Shown: piece by piece, positions 20,478 through 29,894 of the stretch
Layout of the letters: each line of letters begins with the position of its first letter
Numbering within the stretch: the first letter of the stretch is position 1
From: an uncultured Acidobacteriota bacterium
GTDB taxonomy: Bacteria; Acidobacteriota; Thermoanaerobaculia; Multivoradales; UBA5704
DNA: 64,000 nucleotides
Reading direction: 5' to 3'
Assembly (NCBI GenBank): GCA_963770895.1
Contig: CAVYRF010000002.1
Span: forward strand, 2,848,001 to 2,912,000
Notes under the pieces: model-generated
Told to the model about the DNA's origin: nothing
Databases searched by the model: none
What the model saw: the letters and a program-made list of their open reading frames with translations, nothing else
Position numbers and translations under genes: made by a program

Positions 20478-21308
20478 ATGGCGGTGCATGATGTCGAGCG
20501 AGCGGTGTGCCCGGGCTGCGGCGGGCGCGGGTGGGTGGTGCAGCTCGACGGCGGCGGGTCCGGTACGGCGCGCCCCTGTTTCTGCCGGCAGTACGAAGTG
20601 CTGCCGCGCCTGCTCGCCACCGCCGGCATCCCGGACCGCTACCGGGAGTGCCGCCTGGACAACTTCAAGGTCACCGGCGGCGCCACGCCGGTGCGCAACC
20701 AGCTGCTGGCGGCGCGCGCCGCGGCGCAGCGGTATACCAACGAGTTTCTGACCGAATCCGGCTTCGCCTCGTCGGGGCTGCTGTTCATCGGCCCGCCCGG
20801 CGCGGGCAAGACCCACCTGGCGGCCGGCGTGCTGGTGGAGCTGATCGAGCGCTACCAGGTGCGCGGCCGCTTCGTCGAGCTGAACACCTTTTTCAACCAG
20901 CTGCAGGCGACGTTCGGCGCGGTTGCCGGCGAGCCGAAGCAAGAGGTGCTGGCGCCGCTGCTCGACAGCCCGCTGCTGGTCATCGACGAGCTGGGGGCGC
21001 AGCAGCCGACGCCGTGGATCCGCGACGTGCTGTACCTGGTCATCAACACCCGCTACAGCCGCCGCCTGCCCACCCTCTTCACCACCAACTACCGTCTGCC
21101 CGCGACCGGTGGCGAAGTGCCGGTGGCGATGCAGAGCCTGGATCGCGGCCGCGATCCCGATCCCACCTGGGACGACGCGGCGGCGCTCGGCAGCCGGTTG
21201 CCGGCGATGCTGGTCAGCCGCCTCTATGAAATGGCCCAGCCGGTGGTGATGACCGGAGTTCCCGACTACCGGCGCGAGCAGAGCGTGCACAAGGCCCGCC
21301 GTCGATGA
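20478..21308 (+). CDS. DnaC/IstB-like AAA+ ATPase (helicase loader-like)
   Basis: CPGCGGRG...CFC zinc motif, GPPGAGKT, LLVIDELG, TTN, SRLYEM. Confidence 0.85.
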   Translation: MAVHDVERAVCPGCGGRGWVVQLDGGGSGTARPCFCRQYEVLPRLLATAGIPDRYRECRLDNFKVTGGATPVRNQLLAARAAAQRYTNEFLTESGFASSGLLFIGPPGAGKTHLAAGVLVELIERYQVRGRFVELNTFFNQLQATFGAVAGEPKQEVLAPLLDSPLLVIDELGAQQPTPWIRDVLYLVINTRYSRRLPTLFTTNYRLPATGGEVPVAMQSLDRGRDPDPTWDDAAALGSRLPAMLVSRLYEMAQPVVMTGVPDYRREQSVHKARRR

Positions 21309-23737
21309 TGCCGGGCCGTGCCGGCCGGCACTTCCTGCGCTCGTGCCGGGCACTGAGGTCGTGGCGGGCGCTGTGGGCGTTGCGTGCGCCGTACGCGTGG
21401 CGGGCGCCGGCTCTGCTGCTCATGCTCGCGGCCGCCGCCGCGGCGTGCTCCCCGGCCGGTCCGCGGCCGGTGACGCGTCCGCCTGGCGGAGCTTCCGTCG
21501 GCTCCAGCCCCAACGGCGGCGCCGCGGCCCCGGCACCCACGGCGCCCGCCGGCGCTGGCGCCGGGGCGGCGGCAGCGGGTGCCGGCAAGACGCCCGCGGC
21601 GCCGGCGGCACCGCTCGCTCCCGGCGGGGAGATGGCGCAGGCGCCGCGCATCGAAGCGATCGGCGACGCCGCCCAGGTGGCGCCCATCCTGCTGAAGGTC
21701 GGCCTGGCCAGCGACCTGCCGGGCGTGGCGCTGCCGTGCTGCGAGGCCGGCATGACGATCGCTTCGGCGCAAAAGGTCGTCGCGGCGCTGGCGCCGGTGC
21801 GCATCGAGCCGGCGGCGGGTGCCACACGGGAAGGGATCTACCGCCTGCAGGTGGCGGCGCTGCGCGACGAGCGGCAGGCGCAGGACCTGGCCAACCGCCT
21901 GGAGCGCGAAACCGGCCAGCCGGGCGACGCGCACTTCGACGCCGGCATCGACCTGTACCGCGTGCGCATCGGCCGCTACGCCAGCCGCGAAGCGGCGGAC
22001 AGCGACATGCGGCGCCTGTCCACCATGGGCGTGACCGGCGCGTTCGTGGTGTACGAAGGCGGCAGCGTGTCCGAACCGGCGCTGCGGGTGACGCAAGGCG
22101 ACATCGCCACCGTGCTGCCCGGCAGGTGGGTGGCCGTCGATCCGACCGGCGGCGGCACCGGCATCCGCGTCCAGGGCCATCGCTACCGCGGCCGCATCCT
22201 GGTGTACCTCAACGACCGCGGCACGCTCAACCTGATCAACGAGCTGCCGCTCGAGGACTACCTGCGTGGCGTGGTGCCGAGCGAAATGGGGCCCGAGCAG
22301 TATCGCCAGGTGGAGGCGCTCAAGGCGCAGGCGGTGGCCGCCCGCACCTATGCGCTGCGCAACCTGGGCGAGTTTGCGCGCGAGGGGTACGACATCTGCG
22401 CCACGCCGCGCTGCCAGGTCTATGGCGGCATGGATGCCGAGCATCCGCTGACCGACCGCGCGGTCAGCGAAACCGCCGGCCAGGTGCTGCTCTACCACGG
22501 CGAGCTGGTGGACGCCCTGTACAGCTCGACCTGCGGCGGCCACACCGAGGACGTGAAGGTCATGTTCCCGTTCAAGGACGAGCCGTACCTGAAGGCGGTG
22601 CCCTGCATGGAAGAAGGGACGGTGCGGCTGCAGGGCGACCTGCCCGCCGGCACCGCGTTCCCCGCCGGTCTGACGCGGCGCCTGCTGCCGGTCTTTGCCG
22701 CCGGCGCCCCGCCGGCGCAGCAGCTGGCGGCGCGGCTGGAGCACCTGGCGCTGCTCGCCGGGCTGCCGGCGCCGGACACCGATCGCCTCACCTCGATCGA
22801 CCGCCGGCAGGTGCAGCGCTTCGTCGCTTCGACGTTCGACATGGCGCTGGACTCGAAGGTGCTGCTGGCGCCGCAGGACGTCTCCTACCTGGTGAAGGAC
22901 CCGCCCGCCGACTGGAGCGACGAAGACCGCCGCCGCGCCGCGTACCTGGCCAGGAGCGGCCTGCTCACCGGCCCGCCCGATCAGCCGCTGCGCGACGATG
23001 ACATCGAGCGCATGCTGCTCGCCCTCTCCGAGATGCTGCAGGTGGTGCGGCGCGAGCAGGTGTCGTTCCTGTCGCTGGCCGACGGCAAGCTGACGGTGCG
23101 CGACGGCAAGGAGGACAAGACGGTCGCCATGCCCGAGCGGCTGGCGACCTTCCGCCGCAGCGGCAGCGACCTGACCGCCGACAGCCTGGGGATGGTGCCG
23201 GGCGACAACCTGACCCTGTTCTGGCAGGACACCCACCTGGTGGCGGCGGTGCAGGAGGTGAACCTGGAAGGGGTGGCGTTCGACCGCACCAGCCCGTACA
23301 GCTCGTGGACCCGCTTCCACACCGATGCGCAGCTGGCGGCGACGATCGCCACGCGCTTCCCCGGATTGGGCTTTCACAACTTCGAGATCCTCGAACGCGG
23401 CGTGTCGGGGCGGGTCGGCAAGATCCGCATCGAGGGCGACGGCGGACGGACGGCCGAAGTGGAAGGGCTGGCGGTGCGCTGGACGCTGGACGTGCCGGAC
23501 ACCCTGTTCACCGTCAAGCGGCTGACGCCGCCCAAGCGCGAGGCGGGGTGGCTGTTCACCGGCCGCGGCTGGGGGCACGGCGTCGGTCTCTGCCAGGTGG
23601 GAGCGTACGGCATGGCGCAGCGCGGCCACACCTATCGCGAGATCCTCACCCACTACTATTCGGGCGTCGAGCTGTCGCGGGTGCGCCTGAGCCCGTCGCC
23701 GCCGACGCCGACAGCCGCCACCGGCGCCCGCCACTAA
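21305..23737 (+). CDS. SpoIID/LytB lytic transglycosylase with SPOR domain, probable lipoprotein
   Basis: AAAC lipobox-like; SPOR (YRLQVAAL..YRVRIG); YLRGVVPSEM, KAQAVAARTYA, GWGHGVGLCQ; start uncertain. Confidence 0.88.
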   Translation: MMPGRAGRHFLRSCRALRSWRALWALRAPYAWRAPALLLMLAAAAAACSPAGPRPVTRPPGGASVGSSPNGGAAAPAPTAPAGAGAGAAAAGAGKTPAAPAAPLAPGGEMAQAPRIEAIGDAAQVAPILLKVGLASDLPGVALPCCEAGMTIASAQKVVAALAPVRIEPAAGATREGIYRLQVAALRDERQAQDLANRLERETGQPGDAHFDAGIDLYRVRIGRYASREAADSDMRRLSTMGVTGAFVVYEGGSVSEPALRVTQGDIATVLPGRWVAVDPTGGGTGIRVQGHRYRGRILVYLNDRGTLNLINELPLEDYLRGVVPSEMGPEQYRQVEALKAQAVAARTYALRNLGEFAREGYDICATPRCQVYGGMDAEHPLTDRAVSETAGQVLLYHGELVDALYSSTCGGHTEDVKVMFPFKDEPYLKAVPCMEEGTVRLQGDLPAGTAFPAGLTRRLLPVFAAGAPPAQQLAARLEHLALLAGLPAPDTDRLTSIDRRQVQRFVASTFDMALDSKVLLAPQDVSYLVKDPPADWSDEDRRRAAYLARSGLLTGPPDQPLRDDDIERMLLALSEMLQVVRREQVSFLSLADGKLTVRDGKEDKTVAMPERLATFRRSGSDLTADSLGMVPGDNLTLFWQDTHLVAAVQEVNLEGVAFDRTSPYSSWTRFHTDAQLAATIATRFPGLGFHNFEILERGVSGRVGKIRIEGDGGRTAEVEGLAVRWTLDVPDTLFTVKRLTPPKREAGWLFTGRGWGHGVGLCQVGAYGMAQRGHTYREILTHYYSGVELSRVRLSPSPPTPTAATGARH

Positions 23738-23754
23738 GCAGGAACCGCGCGGCT

Positions 23755-24531
23755 TCAGGGGGAGGCGGCCGGACGGAGCACCTGGGCGAGCAGCGAGATG
23801 GCGACGTCGAGGTGCTGGTCGGGTGCGAGCGCCGGGCCCAGCAGCTGGGCCTGGCCGGCGGGGGTGGCCAGCCGCTCGTCCCAGACGGCGCCCGGTACGT
23901 GGTGCCGCAGAAGGGCGGCCACCTGGGCGAAGTTGGCCTGCCGCGACGGGTGGAGCGCCGTGCCCAGCGAGCGGTAGAGCAGCTCGCCTTCGCGCCAGAC
24001 CAGCGGCGGCAGGCCGCGGCCGTAGAGGTGCAGGAAGCCGCGCCGCTCCAGGGCGTCGGGCCGCCGCGGCGGGGTCACCGCCTTGGTCATGATCAGGCCG
24101 CCGGACAGGGCGGCGCGCACCAGGCTCAGCTTGCGGGTGGGCCGCGGCTGGTGGGTCCTGTGGCGCACCACCTCGAAGCCGCGCAAGACCAGGTCGATGT
24201 CGGCGTAGCGCACCGTCAGCGGGGCGGCGGCACGCGCTTGGACCTGCACGGCGTCGGCGCCGAACTCAAAGCCGCGCACGACGAAGCGGCGGTCGTCGGT
24301 TTCGATCGCCGGCTGGTCCAGCAGCAGCGTGTCGAACCCGCGCTGTTGCAGGATGGCGGCCGTCTGGTGCGCCGGCTGGGGCGAGGAGAAGCTGGCGATG
24401 ACCGAGGGGCCGCCGCCCGGAGCACGCACGCGCGAGCTGGCTTCGTAGATCGTCTTGCCCAGGACCGCCGCCAGCTCGCGCGCCAGCAGCGCGTGGTTGC
24501 CCTTCAGGTTGTAGATCGCCAGAACGAGCAC
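23755..24531 (-). CDS. Hypothetical protein
   Basis: Normal-composition ORF filling the gap directly downstream of the response regulator. Confidence 0.65.
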   Translation of the reverse strand: MLVLAIYNLKGNHALLARELAAVLGKTIYEASSRVRAPGGGPSVIASFSSPQPAHQTAAILQQRGFDTLLLDQPAIETDDRRFVVRGFEFGADAVQVQARAAAPLTVRYADIDLVLRGFEVVRHRTHQPRPTRKLSLVRAALSGGLIMTKAVTPPRRPDALERRGFLHLYGRGLPPLVWREGELLYRSLGTALHPSRQANFAQVAALLRHHVPGAVWDERLATPAGQAQLLGPALAPDQHLDVAISLLAQVLRPAASP

Positions 24532-24535
24532 GCGG

Positions 24536-25045
24536 TCAAGGGGAGGATGCCGCGGCGGCGAAGTCGTCGAGCAGGCGCTTGAGCAGATCAGGTCCTACCG
24601 GCTTGACCAGGTGGAGGTCGAATCCGGCTTCCTCCGCCCGCTGCCGGTCGGTGTCGCGGCCGTACCCGGTGAGCGCCACCAGGTGGGTGGGCGCGTGGAT
24701 CGGGTCGGCGCGCAGCATGCGCGCCACGGCGTAGCCGTCCATGTCGGGCAGCCCGATGTCGCACAGCACCACGTCCGGGCGCGAACGCCTGGCAAGGTCC
24801 ACCCCGGTCGGTCCAGAGTGCGCGATTTGGACCGTGTGACCGAACAGCGCCAGGAGGTCGCCAAGCGTTTCGGCGGCGTCGTGGTTGTCTTCGATGATCA
24901 GGACGCGCAGGGTGCGCAAACCGCTGCCACCGGCAGCGCCGTGCCCGCCACTGTCTCCAGATCGGTCGTCTGGTCGATCGCCGGATCGGTCGTCTGGTCC
25001 GTCGCCGGGTCCGTCGCTTTCAAGCCCATGGCTTGAACCGCTCAT
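24536..25045 (-). CDS. Stand-alone response regulator receiver
   Basis: VLIIEDN, DVVLCDIGLPDMDG, ALTGYG, HLVKP. Confidence 0.9.
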   Translation of the reverse strand: MSGSSHGLESDGPGDGPDDRSGDRPDDRSGDSGGHGAAGGSGLRTLRVLIIEDNHDAAETLGDLLALFGHTVQIAHSGPTGVDLARRSRPDVVLCDIGLPDMDGYAVARMLRADPIHAPTHLVALTGYGRDTDRQRAEEAGFDLHLVKPVGPDLLKRLLDDFAAAASSP

Positions 25046-25070
25046 TGAGCGATTCTAGCAGCCAGCATCC

Positions 25071-25421
25071 CTAACGCCCATGGCGGAAGACCAACTCCAC
25101 GATCTGGTCGCAGGTGGCTTCCGCCACCGTCTCGCCCTGGCGCATTGCCGCCCGCGTCGCCTGCTTGAGGTGGTCGCGCAGCAGCTCGCGGCCGACGGCG
25201 CGCAGCGCTTCCTGCACCGAAGCGATCTGGGTCAGGATGTCGCCGCATACGCGGTCTTCCTCGATCATCCGCTGCAGCCCGCGCACCTGGCCTTCGATGC
25301 GCCGCAGCCGGTTGTAGCTGCGCACCTTGTCGGGGCCGTCGCCCGCCACCCTGGGGGTGTTGTCCTGCTCGAGCTCGGCGTCGTAGGGTCCGTCTAAAAC
25401 GAGTGTTGCTTGCTCTGACAT
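25071..25421 (-). CDS. CsoR/RcnR-family repressor
   Basis: NRLRRIEGQVRGLQRMIEEDRVCGDILTQIASV...DHL. Confidence 0.9.
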   Translation of the reverse strand: MSEQATLVLDGPYDAELEQDNTPRVAGDGPDKVRSYNRLRRIEGQVRGLQRMIEEDRVCGDILTQIASVQEALRAVGRELLRDHLKQATRAAMRQGETVAEATCDQIVELVFRHGR

Positions 25422-25716
25422 AGCATCCTCCCGCTAGAAAGGGTGAGGCGGCGGGCCGTTTGGGCGACAGAAATGCCATCTCGGATCGCAGGAAGTGTCT
25501 GTCTGCAGATCAATGTGATATGATTAAAGTCTGTAATTAATGATCATGCATACCCGCGACTATGAACAAGGCTCCGCTGGAGGGGTGCACTCGGCAGGGC
25601 GCGACGCACTAAGTTATAAAACTGCGGTTTTGCTGCGGGCCGGCAGGAGCTCCGAGACCGTCCGGACCACCCGACCGAAGAAGACCCCGGCCACTGCGGA
25701 GAAAAGAGAGGGACTC

Positions 25717-26142
25717 ATGTTGCGTCGTCGTGGCGTACTTCACTTCCTGGCCGTGGTGGCGGTCGCTCTACTGTTTCCTGGCGGCATTCACGCCCGCGCT
25801 ACCGGCGCTCCTGGTGTCACCGGCGCTTCCGGCGCCACCAGCGTCACCGGTTCCCCTGGCTCCCGTGGCGCTTCCGTCTCCACCGGCTCCACCCGCTCCA
25901 CCGGCTCCACCGTCTCCACCGGCTCCACCGGCTCCAATAGATTGACCGGCGCCCCGGCACATGCCGGAGCGCGGGTGGCAAGGACGCCGGCGCCGGCGGG
26001 CACCACCTCGACCGCGGCGGCGTTATGGCACTGGCTGGCGGACCTTGCCGGCCTGGCGCCCAAGGCCCAACCCGGCCACGGCGCTCCGGTGCGGACTCTG
26101 GGAGGCGGTTGCCCAAACCCGGACGGAGGCCCTTGCACCTGA
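25717..26142 (+). CDS. Small secreted precursor-like protein A (141 aa)
   Basis: GAGGG RBS; signal peptide MLRRRGVLHFLAVVAVALLFPGGIHA; STG repeats; LWHWLADL; C-terminus GGGCPNPDGGPCT. Confidence 0.75.
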   Translation: MLRRRGVLHFLAVVAVALLFPGGIHARATGAPGVTGASGATSVTGSPGSRGASVSTGSTRSTGSTVSTGSTGSNRLTGAPAHAGARVARTPAPAGTTSTAAALWHWLADLAGLAPKAQPGHGAPVRTLGGGCPNPDGGPCT

Positions 26143-26273
26143 CCGCCGGGCGCGGTGGCGGCAGGGTCGTCCTTCAGGCCGGCTGCCACCCGTCGCGATG
26201 GTCTGACTACGCGATGTGAGATAATTCTGTAATAATGTCTCGCGATGCGAACCCGAGGTCCCGAGGAGGTTCC

Positions 26274-28022
26274 GTGAACGACCACCCCACCGCCGCCGAG
26301 ATCGCCGGCATGGCCCGCGGCACCATTTCACGCAATGGCCTCCAGCGGATGGTGGCGCACCTGCTCGAAGGCTGCCAGCGCTGCGCCCGGCAGCTCGCTT
26401 CGGCAATCGAGCTGACGACGCCGGCGCAGGCTGCCGCCAGTACCGGCGCCGCCTGCAGCGGTGCCGGCCCTGCGCGCCGGTCCTCATCGCAAAGGCGTTC
26501 GCTGGCTCAGTCGGCGGCTCCTCAAGCCTATGACCAGGCCGCCTACGATCCGCCGATCGCCCGCGCCTGCGCCACGGCGCTACGCCACTTGCGCCAGCTT
26601 GAGCACGACCGCCGTCAGGTGCGCGCGGGGGAGCCTGACGCGGCGCCTCCGGCATCGTCACTGGCGGCAACGGCGCGGACGCCGGCCGCGAAGGCGACCA
26701 CCGCGCCGCTGGCCCTGGCGGCGACGCCGGCCCCAACTGCGCCGATGGCGACGCCGGCCCTGACTGGCCTGACTGCGATTCCGGCCCTGACTGACCTGGC
26801 CGCAACGCTGGCCACGACTCCTGCGACGAGGGCGGCGACCGCCAAGGCGACGGCGACGCCGGCCGGACAGGCTGACGCGGCGCCGCTTGCCGCGCTCGCT
26901 TCCCCCGGTGAGATCGCGCCGCAGGCGCGGCCGCCGGTCGCCGCCGCCGCGGCGCGAAGCCGGCGCAAGGATGGCTCCAAGGAGGGCGAGCGCCGGCACC
27001 CGGTCGCCCTGCTCAAGGTGGAAATGCTGCTCACCACGGCCTGGGATCTGCGCCACACCGACCCGCAAAAGATGCTCCAGATCGCCGAGCTGGCGCTCTC
27101 CGCGGCGGAGCGCCTGGATGGCTCCCGCCACGGCGAGGCGGCGGTGGCCGATCTGCGCGCCCGCGCCGCTGCCGAGCTGGGCAACGCCTACCGCGTCTGC
27201 GACGACTTCCTGCAGGCCGAGCGGATGATGGCCGAAGCGGTGCGCTGGCAGCGGCGGGGCAGCGGCGACCTGACGCTGGTGGTCCGCATCGGCGACCTGC
27301 TGGCATCGCTGCTGGTCGATCAGCGGCGATTCCCCGAAGCCGATGAGCTGCTCGACCAGGTGCAGAGCTACTACCAGAAGGAAAACGACCCCCACCTGGC
27401 CGGCCGGACGCTGATCAAGCGCGGTATCTTCGCCGGCTACGACGGCGCGCCGCGCCGCGCGCTCCGCTACCTGACGGAAGGGTTGGAGCTGATCGACGTG
27501 CAGCAGGACCGGCGCCTGGCGGTGCAGGCCGTGCACTCCATCCTGTGGAACCTGGTGGAATGCGAGCGCTACCGGCAGGCGCGCATCCACCTGTGGCGGA
27601 CGCGCGCGCTCCTGCTGGAGCACGGCGGGGAAATCTACCCGCTGCTGCTGCGCTGGCTGGAAGGGCGGATCGACGCCGGCCTGGGCGAGCTGGACCGCGC
27701 CGAGCGCGAGCTGGCGGCGACGCGCCAGGGGTTTGCGGACGCCGGCTACATCTTCAACGCCGCCCTGTCATCGCTCGACCTGGCCGCGGTGTGGCTGCGC
27801 CAGGGCAAGACCATGGCCGTGCGCCAGCTGGTCGAAGAGATGATAGCGACCTTTCGCGCCCTGCGCCTGGCGCGCGAAGCGGTGGCGGCGCTGCTCATCC
27901 TGCGCGAAGCGTGCGATCGCGACGAAGCGACCCTGGACCGCGTGCAGGCGGTGGCCGCGCTGCTCACCGAGCTGGAGCATCAGCAGCCGCGCCGTCACTC
28001 CGAAACGCCGGTCGCCGATTGA
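26274..28022 (+). CDS. Zinc-finger (zf-HC2-like) + TPR-like protein
   Basis: GGAGG + GTG; HPT...HLLEGCQRC; ELGNAYRV, LRWLEGRI, AALSSLDLA, REAVAAL. Confidence 0.8.
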   Translation: MNDHPTAAEIAGMARGTISRNGLQRMVAHLLEGCQRCARQLASAIELTTPAQAAASTGAACSGAGPARRSSSQRRSLAQSAAPQAYDQAAYDPPIARACATALRHLRQLEHDRRQVRAGEPDAAPPASSLAATARTPAAKATTAPLALAATPAPTAPMATPALTGLTAIPALTDLAATLATTPATRAATAKATATPAGQADAAPLAALASPGEIAPQARPPVAAAAARSRRKDGSKEGERRHPVALLKVEMLLTTAWDLRHTDPQKMLQIAELALSAAERLDGSRHGEAAVADLRARAAAELGNAYRVCDDFLQAERMMAEAVRWQRRGSGDLTLVVRIGDLLASLLVDQRRFPEADELLDQVQSYYQKENDPHLAGRTLIKRGIFAGYDGAPRRALRYLTEGLELIDVQQDRRLAVQAVHSILWNLVECERYRQARIHLWRTRALLLEHGGEIYPLLLRWLEGRIDAGLGELDRAERELAATRQGFADAGYIFNAALSSLDLAAVWLRQGKTMAVRQLVEEMIATFRALRLAREAVAALLILREACDRDEATLDRVQAVAALLTELEHQQPRRHSETPVAD

Positions 28023-28075
28023 GTCGCCCGCCGTCTGGAGGGCGGCGGCCGAACGGGTAGTGCAGACCGGTCGGG

Positions 28076-28624
28076 TCAGTCGTCGGGCCAGGAGTCTTGC
28101 GGCGGGATCTTGCCGCCGCCCAGCGGCAGCGGCGGCCCGACGCCGGCAGCGCCGGATGTGCCGGCGGGTGTCGTGGCTCCGATCAAGGTTTCTCGCGTTG
28201 CCGCCTTGAATCCGTCGCTCAATGCCGGCGGCCCGCCGCGATCCAGGACGCGGTCCAGAACGGCTTCGATGCGGCGGTCCAGCTCTTCGTTGGTCCACCG
28301 GCGCGACGGCGCCGGCGGCGGCGCGACGCGGCCGTAGCCCAGGCGCTGAAAGCTTTCCAGGACGCTGGTGGCGGCCGAGTCGCCGCCGTCTTCGACGCGC
28401 GGCTTGGCACACGCCAGCTGAAAGAAGCGCTCGGGTCTCATCCCGATCACTTCCAGGACGCGCAGGATGTGGCGGAGCTTGAGGTCGATGCGGCCGTTGA
28501 AGATGCGGTTGAGGGTTCCCGCTCCCAGATCGAGCCGGCGCTCGACCTCGCGCACCGAGAAGTCGGACAGCCGCACCAGGGCCTCGAGGACTCTCGCCAT
28601 GCGGCGGATGTCGTCGTCGACCAC
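28076..28624 (-). CDS. XRE-family HTH protein
   Basis: SVREVERRLDLGAGTLNRIFNGRIDLKLRHILRVLEVIG. Confidence 0.8.
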   Translation of the reverse strand: MVDDDIRRMARVLEALVRLSDFSVREVERRLDLGAGTLNRIFNGRIDLKLRHILRVLEVIGMRPERFFQLACAKPRVEDGGDSAATSVLESFQRLGYGRVAPPPAPSRRWTNEELDRRIEAVLDRVLDRGGPPALSDGFKAATRETLIGATTPAGTSGAAGVGPPLPLGGGKIPPQDSWPDD

Positions 28625-28745
28625 GGCGCGAGTCTACACCAGCCATCCCGGCCCACCGTTGCCGCGTCGCCTCGCCGCGGGATAGCATCCGTTGGCTTCG
28701 CAGCCTGCGCAGCGCGCCCGCGCTTTCAGATAGAGGAGGCTTCCG

Positions 28746-29894
28746 TTGGACTTTGCCCTGACCGACGAACAGCGCGCCATTCAAGCGACCGCCCGCGACT
28801 TCGCGCGCCAAGAGATCCATCCGATCGTCGACGAGATCGACGAAAGCCAGCGCTTCCCGCGCGAAGTGATGATGAAGGCGGGGGAGCTGGGCTTTCTCGG
28901 CATCATCTTTCCCGAAGAGTACGGCGGCGCCGGCCTCGGCTATGTCGAATACGTGCTGGTCGTCACCGAGCTGTCGCGCGTCGACCCCTCGGTCGGGATC
29001 AGCGTTGCCGCCCACAACTCCTTGTGCAGCAATCACATCTACAAGTTCGGCAGCGACGATCAACGGCGCCGGTGGCTGCGCCCCCTGGCGGCCGGGGAAA
29101 AGATCGGCGCCTGGAGTCTGACCGAGCCCGGTGCCGGCTCCGATGCCGCGGGGACGCGGACGCGGGCGGACCGGGTGGCGGGCGGCTGGGTGCTCAACGG
29201 CGCCAAGACGTTTACCACCCACGGCCGCGAGGGCGACATCTGCGTCGTCTTTGCCGTCACCGACCCGGCGGGTCCGCGCCACCACAACATCTCCGCCTTC
29301 GTGCTGGACAAGGGGATGGACGGCTTCCGCGCCGGCAAGAAGGAAAACAAGCTGGGCATCCGCGCCTCGGACACCTCCGAGGTGATCATGCAGGACTGCT
29401 TCGTGTCCGAGGACCGCCTGCTGGGCGACGCCGGCGAAGGCTTCATCCAGGCGCTCAAGATCCTGGACGGCGGGCGCATCTCGATCGCCGCCCTGGGGCT
29501 CGGCACCGCCAAGGGGGCGTACGACACCGCGCGCGCCTATGCCAAGGAGCGCCACCAGTTCGGCAAGCCGATCGCCGCCTTTCAGGCCATCCAGTTCATG
29601 CTGGCCGAAATGGCGACCACGGTTGCCGCCGCGGAATGCCTCACCCTGGCCGCCGCCGAAGCCATGGACCGCGGCGCCGACGTGTCGCGGCTGGCGTCCG
29701 AAGCCAAGCTGTACGCCGGTGAAGCCGCCGTCTTCTGCAGCGAGCGCGGCGTGCAGATCCACGGTGGCTACGGGTTCATCAAGGACTACCGGGCCGAGAA
29801 GTTCTACCGCGACGCCAAGATCTGCACCATCGGTGAAGGCACCAGCGAGATCCAGCGCCTGGTGATCGCGCGCCAGCTCCTCAAGGAGCGCTAG
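28746..29894 (+). CDS. Acyl-CoA dehydrogenase
   Basis: LTEPGAGSDA, KLGIRAS, QFGKPI, QIHGGYG, IGEGTSEIQR. Confidence 0.95.
   Translation: MDFALTDEQRAIQATARDFARQEIHPIVDEIDESQRFPREVMMKAGELGFLGIIFPEEYGGAGLGYVEYVLVVTELSRVDPSVGISVAAHNSLCSNHIYKFGSDDQRRRWLRPLAAGEKIGAWSLTEPGAGSDAAGTRTRADRVAGGWVLNGAKTFTTHGREGDICVVFAVTDPAGPRHHNISAFVLDKGMDGFRAGKKENKLGIRASDTSEVIMQDCFVSEDRLLGDAGEGFIQALKILDGGRISIAALGLGTAKGAYDTARAYAKERHQFGKPIAAFQAIQFMLAEMATTVAAAECLTLAAAEAMDRGADVSRLASEAKLYAGEAAVFCSERGVQIHGGYGFIKDYRAEKFYRDAKICTIGEGTSEIQRLVIARQLLKER

Noticed and set aside
20478-21308. IstB-like ATPase as evidence of an IS21 element or prophage
   Set aside because: No istA transposase, terminal repeats or phage genes nearby; zinc motif and context fit a chromosomal DnaC-like loader
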